This document shows positions 7,891-16,107 of a DNA stretch of 21,708 bases, in pieces. Location of the stretch: contig JBIOTN010000222.1 of assembly GCA_044866005.1 (NCBI GenBank), positions 1 through 21,708 on the forward strand, in the 5' to 3' direction. Each line of letters begins with the position of its first letter. Within the stretch, counting starts at the first letter, position 1. This DNA comes from Candidatus Rokuibacteriota bacterium (GTDB lineage: Bacteria > Methylomirabilota > Methylomirabilia > Rokubacteriales > DASRDR01). A program made the translations under genes and the position numbers. A model generated the notes under the pieces. The model searched no databases, was not told the origin of the DNA, and was given only the letters and a program-made list of their open reading frames with translations.

Positions 7891-9717
7891 TCACGCGCTC
7901 GTCCGCCTCAACCCCTCCAGCGCATCCTCGTAGCCCGGCTTGAGCGTGAGCGCCCGCTCGAAGGCCCGGCGGGCGTCCGCCTTCCGCCCCAGCTTGAGGT
8001 ACGACCAGCCGATCCCGCTGTAGAGCCCGTGCCAGTCCGGCCGCGCGCGGAGGGCCTCCTCGAAGGTGGCGAGCGCCTCCGGGTAGCGTCCGAGATAGTA
8101 GAGGCTCCAGCCCATCTTCGCGGCGACGACGGGCAGCTCCGGCGGGTCGGCTCCCCGGACCGCCTCCAGGCTCCGGCGCGCGGCCCCGAGATGTGCGAGC
8201 GCCTCGTCGTATCGCGCGACCTCGAACTCCGCGGAGCCGAGCCCGATGAGCGCGTCGGCGTACTCGGGACTTCGGTCCAGGGCGTCGCGGAACGCGTCCC
8301 CGGCGAGGTAGAAGCGCCCGAGCCGGAGACGACTCCACCCGAGCCCGTCGTAGAGCCCTTCCCACGTCGGCTGCCGCCGCAGCGCGTACTTGAAGGTGAT
8401 GGCGGCCGCGCGGTAGTGGCCGAGGAAGTAGTCCGCCCAGCCGAGGAGCGCGCGGGCGTCGTCGTGTCCCGGATCGAGGTTCACCGCGTGACGGAGCTGC
8501 GCGCGGGCGCCCCGGTAGTCGCGGTTCTGGTAGAGCGCTCTACCCCGGGCGAACGCAGCCTGCGCGCGGAGGCCCTTGAAGAAGCCGGAGCCTTCCGGCT
8601 CGGTCGCCGTGTACTCCGGTTGGTCGGCCGCCTCCTCGGCCGCCTCGCGCGCGCGCTCGGCCAGCTGCCGGGCCAGGAGCGCCGCGCGGCTGGCGACGGA
8701 TCGCGCCTCGGGGTCGGTCGCCGCACGCGACGCGGCGCGCGCCGCGTCCTCGGCGGCCTGCCTGGCCCCGCGCGAGGCGTCCGTCGCCGTGAGCGCGGCC
8801 ATCTGGGACGCCTCGGCGATCTCCTGCTGGAGAAGCGAGCCGCCGTTGCTCGCGGGCTGACCGGCGGCGCGGGACGCCTCGACGGCGGCGACCGCAGCGT
8901 CCCGCGCGGCGTCGCTCGCCCGGGTCGCGGCCGTGCGGGCGCCGAGATCCTGGCCGCCGCGCCGATCGGGTGTGGACGGGTCACTCGCCGGCCCGTTCCC
9001 GCGATCGGCCGCGTCCTGGAGGCTCGCGGCTGCCGATTCGGCACCCCGCCCGCCATGTCCCTCGGCCTCGGCGCGACCCGAGGCGGAGGTCGTCCCCGGC
9101 GTGTTCAGCCCGCCGAGCGTCGCGCCGGCCGGGGCCGTACCTGGCGACGCGGTGCCGGCTTGCGGCGCGGTGCCGGTTTGCGACGCGGTGGCCTTGTCGC
9201 TTCCGGCTTTCCCGCCGCTCGCGTCCGCGCCCGCTTGGCCTCCGCCGCCGGCGGCTGCGCCGCCCTTGTCGCCGCCGCCCGAGCCGGAGCCGCCCTTGCC
9301 GTCGCCGGAGCCGCCCGAGCCGGACTCGCCGGAGCCCGACCCGCCCTTGCCGCCGCCACTGCCTCCGCCCTTGTCGCCGCCACTGCCTCCGCCCTTGTCG
9401 CCGCCGCCCGAGCCGGAGCCGCCCTTGCCGTCGCCCGACCCGGAGCCACCGGAGCCGGAACCGGAGCCCCCGGAGCCCGAGCCGCCGGACCCCGAGCCGG
9501 AGCCGCCCTTGCCGTCGCCGGAGCCGCCCGAGCCGGACCCGCCGGAGCCCGACCCCGAGCCCCCCGAGCCGGAGCCGCCGCCGCCCGAGCCACTGCCGCC
9601 CTTCGCGTACGCGAGCTCGCCGCCGAGACCGAACGGCGACGGGGGCCTGGAATCGAAGTAGGCGAGGAGGCTGACGACCACCGCGAGCGCGAGCCAGATA
9701 CGATGTCCCCGGCTCAT
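7891..9717 (-). CDS. Exported TPR protein with long Gly/Ser-rich and Ala-rich N-terminal regions (608 aa)
   Basis: SD GGGAG before the ATG; N-terminal hydrophobic segment and AYA|K cleavage-like site; about 115 aa of GGSGSG/GDGKGG repeats; Ala-rich helical segment; about 6 C-terminal TPRs ('LGWADYFLGHY', 'LGWSRLRLGRF', 'MGWSLYYLGRY', 'IGWSYLKLGR'). Confidence 0.85.
   Translation of the reverse strand: MSRGHRIWLALAVVVSLLAYFDSRPPSPFGLGGELAYAKGGSGSGGGGSGSGGSGSGSGGSGSGGSGDGKGGSGSGSGGSGSGGSGSGSGGSGSGDGKGGSGSGGGDKGGGSGGDKGGGSGGGKGGSGSGESGSGGSGDGKGGSGSGGGDKGGAAAGGGGQAGADASGGKAGSDKATASQTGTAPQAGTASPGTAPAGATLGGLNTPGTTSASGRAEAEGHGGRGAESAAASLQDAADRGNGPASDPSTPDRRGGQDLGARTAATRASDAARDAAVAAVEASRAAGQPASNGGSLLQQEIAEASQMAALTATDASRGARQAAEDAARAASRAATDPEARSVASRAALLARQLAERAREAAEEAADQPEYTATEPEGSGFFKGLRAQAAFARGRALYQNRDYRGARAQLRHAVNLDPGHDDARALLGWADYFLGHYRAAAITFKYALRRQPTWEGLYDGLGWSRLRLGRFYLAGDAFRDALDRSPEYADALIGLGSAEFEVARYDEALAHLGAARRSLEAVRGADPPELPVVAAKMGWSLYYLGRYPEALATFEEALRARPDWHGLYSGIGWSYLKLGRKADARRAFERALTLKPGYEDALEGLRRTSA
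9260..9600 (-). repeat. Coding Gly/Ser low-complexity repeat with recent internal duplications
   Basis: 65-bp block 9278-9342 recurs at 9491-9555 with 1 mismatch; 24-bp unit CGCCGCCACTGCCTCCGCCCTTGT occurs twice in tandem at 9351-9398. Confidence 0.9.
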
Positions 9718-9773
9718 ACCGACTCCCTTTCCCCGACCATGAATCCACGCGGTCCGAGGGTGCGCGTCTTGTA

Positions 9774-9789
9774 AGCAAGCGAGATGCCG
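9774..9789 (-). promoter_or_regulatory. sigma54 (-24/-12) promoter for the TPR gene
   Basis: Minus strand reads CGGCAT-CTCGC-TTGCT, with exact GG-N10-GC spacing (consensus TGGCAC-N5-TTGCW), 56 nt upstream of the start codon. Confidence 0.65.
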
Positions 9790-9809
9790 TGTGGGCGGCC
9801 CTGTCGCTC

Positions 9810-9825
9810 AGGCCGGGATCTTGCA
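9810..9825 (+). promoter_or_regulatory. sigma54 (-24/-12) promoter for the Pro/Ala-rich gene
   Basis: Plus strand reads AGGCCG-GGATC-TTGCA, with exact GG-N10-GC spacing, 57 nt upstream of the start codon. Confidence 0.55.
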
Positions 9826-9882
9826 CGCCTACCGGCTGACCGCGCGGACCGGCCCTGACTCGCTGATGAGGAGGATCGAGCC

Positions 9883-11067
9883 GTGATCGTGTTCATTCCG
9901 CCCGACGAGGCGGCGCGTCAGCGGGCGCGCCGGACGGCGTCCCTGGCAACGGCCCTGGCGGGCGTGCTGGCGCTCGTGCTGGGGGCATGGCTCAGCGTCT
10001 CGCGTCCCGCAGCGCAGCACGTCGGCGTGACCGGCGGGAATCACGCCGCGCCGGCCGCCGCGACGGGGGCGCTCGACGTCCCGCGTGGCCCGGCCCCGGC
10101 CCCCGTCGCGCCGCCGACCGTCGAGCCGCGCCGGGAGCCGTCCGCCGAGACGTCGCCGCGCGCGGTGGGGGGCGAGCCCGCCCCGTCCCCCGCGCGACCG
10201 AGCGCCTCTGACACGACGGTCGTCGAGCCGCGTCCGTCCGTGCCGACCCGGCCTCCCGCCGTCGCCTCCCCTCGGGGGCGTGGTCGCGAATCGACGTCGG
10301 AAGCGCGGCGCGCCGGGACGTCATCCGCGAAACGGGCACGGCAGGCGCCGGCGGCGCCCGCCGAGACCGCGCCGGCGGAGGCGGAGGCCGCGCCGCCGGC
10401 TCCGGCCGCCGCCGCCCCCGCGCCGGCGCCAGCGGCACCATCCGGCGAGTCCGAGTCTTCGCCCGCGTCGGCCGCCGCCGCCTCGCCGTCGACGGAGCCC
10501 GTCGCCGGGTCCGGCGTGGCCCAGACGCCGCAGCCCGAACCCGTCGCCCCGTCGCGCCCGGCGCCTCAGAGTGCGGCGAGCGCCGCGCCGCCGACCGCGG
10601 CGGAGCAGACAGGGGCGACGGCCGCGCCGACGACGCCCGGGATCCAAACAGCGACGACCGCTTCGGCGGCGAGCCGCGAAATCCCGGCTCCGGCCCCGCC
10701 CCCGGCGCCATCGCCCGTCGCGCCGGCTCCCTCGCCATCGCCCGTCGCTGCGGCCCCCTCGCAGCCGCCCGTCGCACCGGCGCCCTCGCCAGCGCCCGTC
10801 GCCCCGGGGCTCTCGCCATCGCCCGTCGCTGCGGCGCCCTCGAAGGTCGCGGTGCCGGCGGCCCCGAGCGCCGAGCCCGCGGGTGTCACTGCGTCGGGCC
10901 CGTCGCCTCCCGAGGCCGGGATCGGTACGAGCGGGTCCGGGGTCCGCGGTGGCCCTCCCCCCGGCTCACCGGGTGGCGCGGCCGACGATTCCGGCGCGAT
11001 GGCCGAGGGGTGGGGAAGCGCCCCGCGGCCGGCGAAGCGGCCGCGCGGTGCCTTCCGGCAGTCCTAG
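9883..11067 (+). CDS. Hypothetical membrane-anchored Pro/Ala/Ser-rich disordered protein (394 aa)
   Basis: Strong SD GAGGAGG before the GTG; basic stretch followed by one TM segment (LATALAGVLALVLGAWLSV); the remainder is low-complexity with no recognisable folded domain. Confidence 0.65.
   Translation: MIVFIPPDEAARQRARRTASLATALAGVLALVLGAWLSVSRPAAQHVGVTGGNHAAPAAATGALDVPRGPAPAPVAPPTVEPRREPSAETSPRAVGGEPAPSPARPSASDTTVVEPRPSVPTRPPAVASPRGRGRESTSEARRAGTSSAKRARQAPAAPAETAPAEAEAAPPAPAAAAPAPAPAAPSGESESSPASAAAASPSTEPVAGSGVAQTPQPEPVAPSRPAPQSAASAAPPTAAEQTGATAAPTTPGIQTATTASAASREIPAPAPPPAPSPVAPAPSPSPVAAAPSQPPVAPAPSPAPVAPGLSPSPVAAAPSKVAVPAAPSAEPAGVTASGPSPPEAGIGTSGSGVRGGPPPGSPGGAADDSGAMAEGWGSAPRPAKRPRGAFRQS
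10708..10842 (+). repeat. Five tandem 27-bp coding repeats (9 aa, consensus PSPVA[PA]APS)
   Basis: Units such as CCATCGCCCGTCGCTGCGGCCCCCTCG recur at an exact 27-nt period from 10708. Confidence 0.9.
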
Positions 11068-11194
11068 TCGCGGTTCCTGACTACCGTCGCGTCACGAGGC
11101 CGCTGAACGACCGCCACGCCGGGAGGTCCGGTGGGGGCCGGCGCCCGCCGAGGGCGCCGAGGGTCGGCATCGGCGAGGGGCCGACGCGCCGCGA

Positions 11195-12622
11195 CTAGGC
11201 GGCGCGCGCGGCGATCAGCGTCGTCGCGGTCGCGCGCTCGACCCGAGCGCTGACGAGCTCGCCGATCAGCGCGTCCGGTCCCTCGCAGACGACGTTGACG
11301 TTCTGGCGGGTATGGCCGGAGAGCTGGCCGCGACGGTTCCGCTCCTCGATCAAGACCTCGACCTCGCGGCCGATCCAGCGCGCGAGCTTCGCCCCGGAGA
11401 TGCTCGCCTGGAGGGCGAGGAGCGCCTGATGGCGCGCCTCCTTCACGGGCCGCGGGACGTCGTCCTGCCACCGGGCGGCCTCCGTGCCGGGACGTGGCGA
11501 GTACTTGAAGATGAAGGCGCTGTCGTACAGCGCGTCCGCCATCAAGGCACGCGTGGCCTCGAAGTCCTCCGCCGTCTCGCCGGGGAAGCCGACGATGATG
11601 TCCGTGGAGAGGGCGACGTCGGGGACGAGCTGCCGGAGCCGCGCCACCTTGGCCCGGTAGGCCTCCACGGTGTAGCCGCGGCGCATCGCCTTGAGGAGCC
11701 GATCCGACCCGGACTGCACCGGCAGGTGCAGGTACTCGCAGACCGACGCGCAGTCCGCCATGGCGCGGAAGAGCTCCTCGTGGGCGTCGAAGGGATGGCT
11801 CGTGGTGAACTTGATCCGGTCGATCGACGTCTTCCGATCGAGCTCCCGCAGCAGGACGGGGAAGTCGACGAGAGCCGGTCCGTCGTGTCCGGACCCCGCC
11901 GGCTTGGCCGCGAGCGCGAGGAGCCGGCGGCGGCCTCCGGGTCCCTGGTACCCCGAGCCGTCGGGAAAGCGCTTGCCGTAGGCGTTCACGTTCTGTCCGA
12001 GAAGGGTGACCTGCCGGTAGCCGGCCCGCGCGAGCTGCTGCACCTCCTCGAGGATCTGCGGCATCGGCCGCGACACCTCCTGGCCGCGCGTCATCGGGAC
12101 GATGCAGTAGGCGCACTTCTTGTCGCAGCCTTCCATGATCGTCACGAAGGCGGTGGTCCCGGGGCGCCGGTAGTCGGCCGCGGGACGCCGTTCGAGCGGG
12201 CGCACCGGCCGGTCGACGGCCAGGACGTGGGCGCCGACGCCAGCCAGCGCGGCGCGCTGGCGCCGCTCGGCGACCTGGGCCAGGAGGTCCGGGAGGTCGT
12301 AGATCTCGGCCGGGCCGGCGACGAGGTCTACCTGCGGCAGCCGGCGGAAGAGTTCCTCGCGGCGGGCCTTCGCCATGCAGCCGAGGATCCCGAGCACGAG
12401 GTCGGGGTTCTCCTGCTTGAGGCGCTGCATGAGACCCATCTTCCCGATGGCCCGCGCCTCGGCGTGCTCCCGTACCGAGCAGGTATTGAGGAGGATGACG
12501 TCGGCGTCCGTCTCCTCCCCGGCCATCGCGTAGCCGTGTGCGGCGAGCATGCCGAGGATCTCCTCGGAGTCCCGCTCGTTCATCTGGCAACCGTAGGTCT
12601 GGAGGTATACGCGCTTCTGCAT
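11195..12622 (-). CDS. miaB: tRNA-2-methylthio-N6-dimethylallyladenosine synthase
   Basis: UPF0004 motifs 'TYGCQMN', 'NTCSVRE', 'LGC'; radical SAM 'CDKKCAYC'; 'LLGQNVNAYG', 'HLPVQSGSD', 'TDIIVGFPGET'; C-terminal TRAM domain. Confidence 0.96.
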   Translation of the reverse strand: MQKRVYLQTYGCQMNERDSEEILGMLAAHGYAMAGEETDADVILLNTCSVREHAEARAIGKMGLMQRLKQENPDLVLGILGCMAKARREELFRRLPQVDLVAGPAEIYDLPDLLAQVAERRQRAALAGVGAHVLAVDRPVRPLERRPAADYRRPGTTAFVTIMEGCDKKCAYCIVPMTRGQEVSRPMPQILEEVQQLARAGYRQVTLLGQNVNAYGKRFPDGSGYQGPGGRRRLLALAAKPAGSGHDGPALVDFPVLLRELDRKTSIDRIKFTTSHPFDAHEELFRAMADCASVCEYLHLPVQSGSDRLLKAMRRGYTVEAYRAKVARLRQLVPDVALSTDIIVGFPGETAEDFEATRALMADALYDSAFIFKYSPRPGTEAARWQDDVPRPVKEARHQALLALQASISGAKLARWIGREVEVLIEERNRRGQLSGHTRQNVNVVCEGPDALIGELVSARVERATATTLIAARAA

Positions 12623-12668
12623 GCCCGGGTCGCTCCGGCGCGGTGCCGCGATCGCTGATGGCCAGGAG

Positions 12669-12677
12669 ATTATAGCA
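12669..12677 (-). promoter_or_regulatory. Extended -10 promoter of miaB
   Basis: Minus strand TGCTATAAT (TGn-TATAAT), 46 nt upstream of the ATG; no -35 match. Confidence 0.65.
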
Positions 12678-12754
12678 GCGATCCGCAGCCGGCGTGGCGA
12701 CGTCGCGGGTATCGCGCCCGCTGCGCCGCGCGCGCGGCGCCGCGGCGCGCCGCG

Positions 12755-14152
12755 TTACGGGGCGAGGGGTGGCCGCCGCGCGTGCCAGTCGGTGACGCGC
12801 TGGTAGGCGTGGCCGACGCGCAGGAGGGTCGCCTCCTCCCAGGATCGCGCCGCGAGCTGCAGGCCGATCGGGAGCCCCTGCCGGTCGAAGCCGCAGGGCA
12901 CCGTGAGCGCCGGAAGGCCCGCGAGGTTGAGCGGCGCGGTGTAGCTCCGCTTCGAGAGCGGGTCGAGGAGGCGGCCGCTCTCGTCCATCCGGGGGGCCGT
13001 CTGGTCCCGGCCGGGCAGGGCGAGCAGGTCGACCGTGCGGTAGAGCCGGGCGAGGCCGGCCCGCAGTCGCGCGGCCGCCCGCAGCGCGTCGACGTGGTCC
13101 GGCGCCGGGGTCGCGGCGCCGGCTTCGAGCCGCTCGCGGACCTGCGGGATCAGCTCGGTGGCGCGCGTCTTCAGGATCGCGCGGTACTCCGCCGCCGCCT
13201 CGCACCGGATCAGGACGTGGCTCGCCTCGGCGGCGGCCTCCCACTCCGGGATCTCCACGTCTTCCACGCCGAGGCCGAGCCGCCGGAGCTCGCCGAGCGC
13301 GTCCTCGACCGCCGTGGCGATGCCGTCCGGCAGCGCGTCCCAGAAGTAGCGGCGCGGGACGCCCACGCGCAGGCCGCGGCCGGGCCGGCCGAGCTCGGCG
13401 GCGTAGTCCGGCACGGGCGCGTCGGCGGAGGTCGGGTCCGCGGGATCGTGCCCGGCGATCGCCGCGAGGAGCAGCGCGGCGTCCTGCGCGGAGCGGGCCA
13501 TCGGGCCCACGTGATCGAGCGAGGTGGCGAGCGGGACCACGCCGCGGAGCGGCACGCGCCCGTACGTGGGCTTGAGGCCGGTGACACCGGACCAGTGCGC
13601 CGGACTGCGGATCGACCCGCCGGTGTCGCTGCCGAGGGCGCCGGGGACGAGCCCGCCGGCGAGCGCGGCCGCCGCGCCCATGCTCGAGCCTCCGGTGAAG
13701 CGGCCGAGGTCCCAGGGGTTGCGGGACGGGCCGTAATGATACTGGTCGAGCGGCCCGTAGGCGAACTCGGGCGTGTTGGTCTTCCCGAAGACGATCGCGC
13801 CCGCCGCCCGGAGGCGCGCGACCACGCTGGCGTCGGCGTCGGGGAGGAAGTCGGCGAGGATCTTCGAGCCGGCCGTGGTGCGCTCGCCTTTCGTCCAGCA
13901 GAGGTCCTTCACGGCGACGGGGACGCCGTGGAGCGGTCCCCGCGGGCGCCCCGCGGCGAGCTCGCGCTCGGCCTCGCGCGCCTCGCCGAGGATGCGCTCG
14001 GGCGTCAGCGTGATGAAGGCGTTGAGCCGGGGTTCGAGGCGCTCACAGCGGTCGAGCAGCGCGCGACAGAGCTCGACCGGCGAGAGTCTCCGCCCGGCCA
14101 GGAGCGGCCCCAGCTCCGCGATCCCGGCATAGTACAGCTCCTCCATCGTCAC
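12755..14152 (-). CDS. Amidase-signature family enzyme (stand-alone, GatA-like fold)
   Basis: 'GPLHGVPVAVKD', 'GKTNTPEFA', 'GGSSMG', 'GSDTGGSIRSPA', 'GLKPTYGRV'. No adjacent gatB or gatC. Confidence 0.93.
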   Translation of the reverse strand: MTMEELYYAGIAELGPLLAGRRLSPVELCRALLDRCERLEPRLNAFITLTPERILGEAREAERELAAGRPRGPLHGVPVAVKDLCWTKGERTTAGSKILADFLPDADASVVARLRAAGAIVFGKTNTPEFAYGPLDQYHYGPSRNPWDLGRFTGGSSMGAAAALAGGLVPGALGSDTGGSIRSPAHWSGVTGLKPTYGRVPLRGVVPLATSLDHVGPMARSAQDAALLLAAIAGHDPADPTSADAPVPDYAAELGRPGRGLRVGVPRRYFWDALPDGIATAVEDALGELRRLGLGVEDVEIPEWEAAAEASHVLIRCEAAAEYRAILKTRATELIPQVRERLEAGAATPAPDHVDALRAAARLRAGLARLYRTVDLLALPGRDQTAPRMDESGRLLDPLSKRSYTAPLNLAGLPALTVPCGFDRQGLPIGLQLAARSWEEATLLRVGHAYQRVTDWHARRPPLAP

Positions 14153-14187
14153 CGCTCCTCTCGCAATTCGTCGATTGAGGACGCTCC

Positions 14188-14287
14188 ACGTTCGATGGGC
14201 CGCGACGCGGGACCGGAGCGCTTCGGGCGCCGGCGCTGCCGGCGCGCCCCATCCTGGGGAGGTTGGGGAGGGGGGCGACGCCCCCTC
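14188..14287 (-). repeat. Two-hairpin intergenic repeat, copy A
   Basis: GCGCCGGC-GCT-GCCGGCGC (14227-14245), linker containing ATCC..GGGGAGG, and GAGGGGG-N6-CCCCCTC (14268-14287). Aligns with 19275-19376. Confidence 0.7.
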
Positions 14288-14293
14288 ACAGGC

Positions 14294-15055
14294 CTAAATG
14301 CAGCGACCGCCGTCGACCTCGACGCAGGTCCCCGTGATCATCGCCGCGTCGTCGGAGGCCAGGAACAGCGCGGTATTCGCGATGTCCTCCGGCGTGTTGA
14401 GCCGTCCGAGCGGGATCGTCGCGACGTAGCGCGCCCGCCCTTCCTCGTCCACTGCCGTCTTGCCCATGAAGGTGGGAAGCATCGGCGTGTCGGTCGCCAC
14501 GGGAGCCAGCGCGACGACGCGGATGCCGAAGGGCGCCAGCTCGAGCGCCAGGCTCTTGGTCAGCGCGACGACGGCTCCCTTGGACGCCGAGTAGCACTGG
14601 ACGCGCGGGCGCGGCCGGATGGCTGAGGTCGACGCCGTGATCAGGACGACGCCCCGCGACTGCCGCTTCATGACCGGGGCGGCGGACCGGGCGCCGAGGA
14701 TCACGCCCTTGACGTTCACCGCCAGGATGCGGTCGAGCGTCGCCTCGTCCACGTCCTCGATGTTCGTCGGCCATTGCGGGACGCCCGCGTTGGCGTAGAA
14801 GATGTCGAGCCGCCCCCAGCGGGCGACGGTGTCGCGCACCGCGCCCTCGTTGTCGGCGGCCCGGGTCACGTCGGCGTGGAAGGCGAGCGCCCGGCCGCCC
14901 GCGCGCTCGACGTCGCGGGCGGTCTCCTTGGCCGCGTCGTCGTTGATGTCCACGACGGTCACGCGCGCGCCCTCCCGGGCGAACCGGAGGGCCGAGGCCC
15001 GCCCGATCCCCGACCCCGCGCCGGTCACCAGCGCCACTCGATCCTGCAGCTTCAC
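14294..15055 (-). CDS. Short-chain dehydrogenase/reductase (253 aa)
   Basis: GTG start at 15055 behind SD AAAGGAG; 'ALVTGAGSGIG', 'ANAG', catalytic 'YSASK', 'ITG...VDGG'. It is the C-terminal part of ORF 14294..16012. Confidence 0.93.
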   Translation of the reverse strand: MKLQDRVALVTGAGSGIGRASALRFAREGARVTVVDINDDAAKETARDVERAGGRALAFHADVTRAADNEGAVRDTVARWGRLDIFYANAGVPQWPTNIEDVDEATLDRILAVNVKGVILGARSAAPVMKRQSRGVVLITASTSAIRPRPRVQCYSASKGAVVALTKSLALELAPFGIRVVALAPVATDTPMLPTFMGKTAVDEEGRARYVATIPLGRLNTPEDIANTALFLASDDAAMITGTCVEVDGGRCI

Positions 15056-15089
15056 CGTGGGGTTCTCCTTTACCCGGAACGCTGGCGGC

Positions 15090-15118
15090 ATCTTAGGCCG
15101 CGGCGGGGGGCCTGTCAA
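15090..15118 (-). promoter_or_regulatory. sigma70 promoter for SDR-amidase
   Basis: Minus strand TTGACA (15118-15113), 17-nt spacer, TAAGAT (15095-15090). Confidence 0.75.
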
Positions 15119-15222
15119 AGCCGCGCCGCGGGCCGGCGGACCCGCGCCCGGGAGGCCGGGGCGGCGAGCGCGTGAGCCGGGCCACGCCGGGGCGCCCGGG
15201 ACCCCGCGCCCGAGCTCCCCGC

Positions 15223-16107
15223 TCAGACCTCGACGACGAGGCCCTCCGCAGCGGCGAAGCACCGGAGCGGGGATCCCTCGGCCGCGATGAGCTGCTGCGC
15301 CTTCTCCAGCATCGCCGTGACCACGGCATCCCCGTGCATCGGGTCGTGGTGGAAGAGCGCGAGCGCCTTGACGCCGCCCCGCAGCGCCACGGTCACGGTC
15401 GCGCTGAGCGACGAGTGCCCCCAGCCGATCCGTGCCGGATACTCCTCGTCGGTATACTGCGCCTCGGCGACGAGGAGGTCGGCCCCCGCGACGAAGCGGA
15501 TGAGCTCCTCGTCCAGCGCCCGCCCGTACTCGCGACCGGCCTCCGCACGTCCCCCGAGGTGCTGGAGCGTCGCGCGGTACGGCTCGTTGTCGGTCGCGTA
15601 CACGAGCGTGCGGCCGCCGCGGCTGAGCTTGTAGCCGAGGTTCATCCCGGGGTGGTTCAGGTACATGGCCGAGATGGTCGTGTCCCCTACGCGGAAGTCC
15701 TCGCCGCGGAACTCGTGGAGGTGGACCGTCGCGGCGAGGTCGCCGAACGCGACCGGGAAGTAGTCCGGATCCATCTGTCCGTGCAGGAGCCGCTCCAGCG
15801 AGCGGCCCTGGCCCGGCGAGCCGTAGACGTGGAGCGTCGTCATCACGTCGTACGCCGGGCGGAAGAACGGGAAGCCCTGGATGTGGTCCCAGTGGGTATG
15901 GCTGATGAAGAGGTGCAGGACGAGCGGCTTCCGCTCGAACTCTCGCACGAGCGCGAGGCCGAGCTCCCGGATGCCCGTCCCGGCGTCGAAGATCAGGACG
16001 TCGCTCCCGCACCGGACCTCGACGCAGGCCGTGTTGCCGCCGTACGTGCCGGTGGCCGGCCCCGGCGTGGGAATGGAGCCCCGCGTCCCCCAGAAGGTGA
16101 CGCGCAT
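15223..16107 (-). CDS. MBL-fold metallo-hydrolase (RNase Z/phosphodiesterase-like family)
   Basis: 'FWGTRGSIPTPG', 'YGGNTACVE', 'DAGTG', metal motif 'SHTHWDHIQGFPFF', 'WGHS', 'LFHHDP'. Confidence 0.92.
   Translation of the reverse strand: MRVTFWGTRGSIPTPGPATGTYGGNTACVEVRCGSDVLIFDAGTGIRELGLALVREFERKPLVLHLFISHTHWDHIQGFPFFRPAYDVMTTLHVYGSPGQGRSLERLLHGQMDPDYFPVAFGDLAATVHLHEFRGEDFRVGDTTISAMYLNHPGMNLGYKLSRGGRTLVYATDNEPYRATLQHLGGRAEAGREYGRALDEELIRFVAGADLLVAEAQYTDEEYPARIGWGHSSLSATVTVALRGGVKALALFHHDPMHGDAVVTAMLEKAQQLIAAEGSPLRCFAAAEGLVVEV

Noticed and set aside
9260..10842. CRISPR array in the repetitive region
   Set aside because: The repeats are in-frame coding units without unique spacers, and no cas genes are present.
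12755..14152. gatA assignment
   Set aside because: No gatB/gatC neighbours, and it follows an SDR gene, so it is called a generic amidase.
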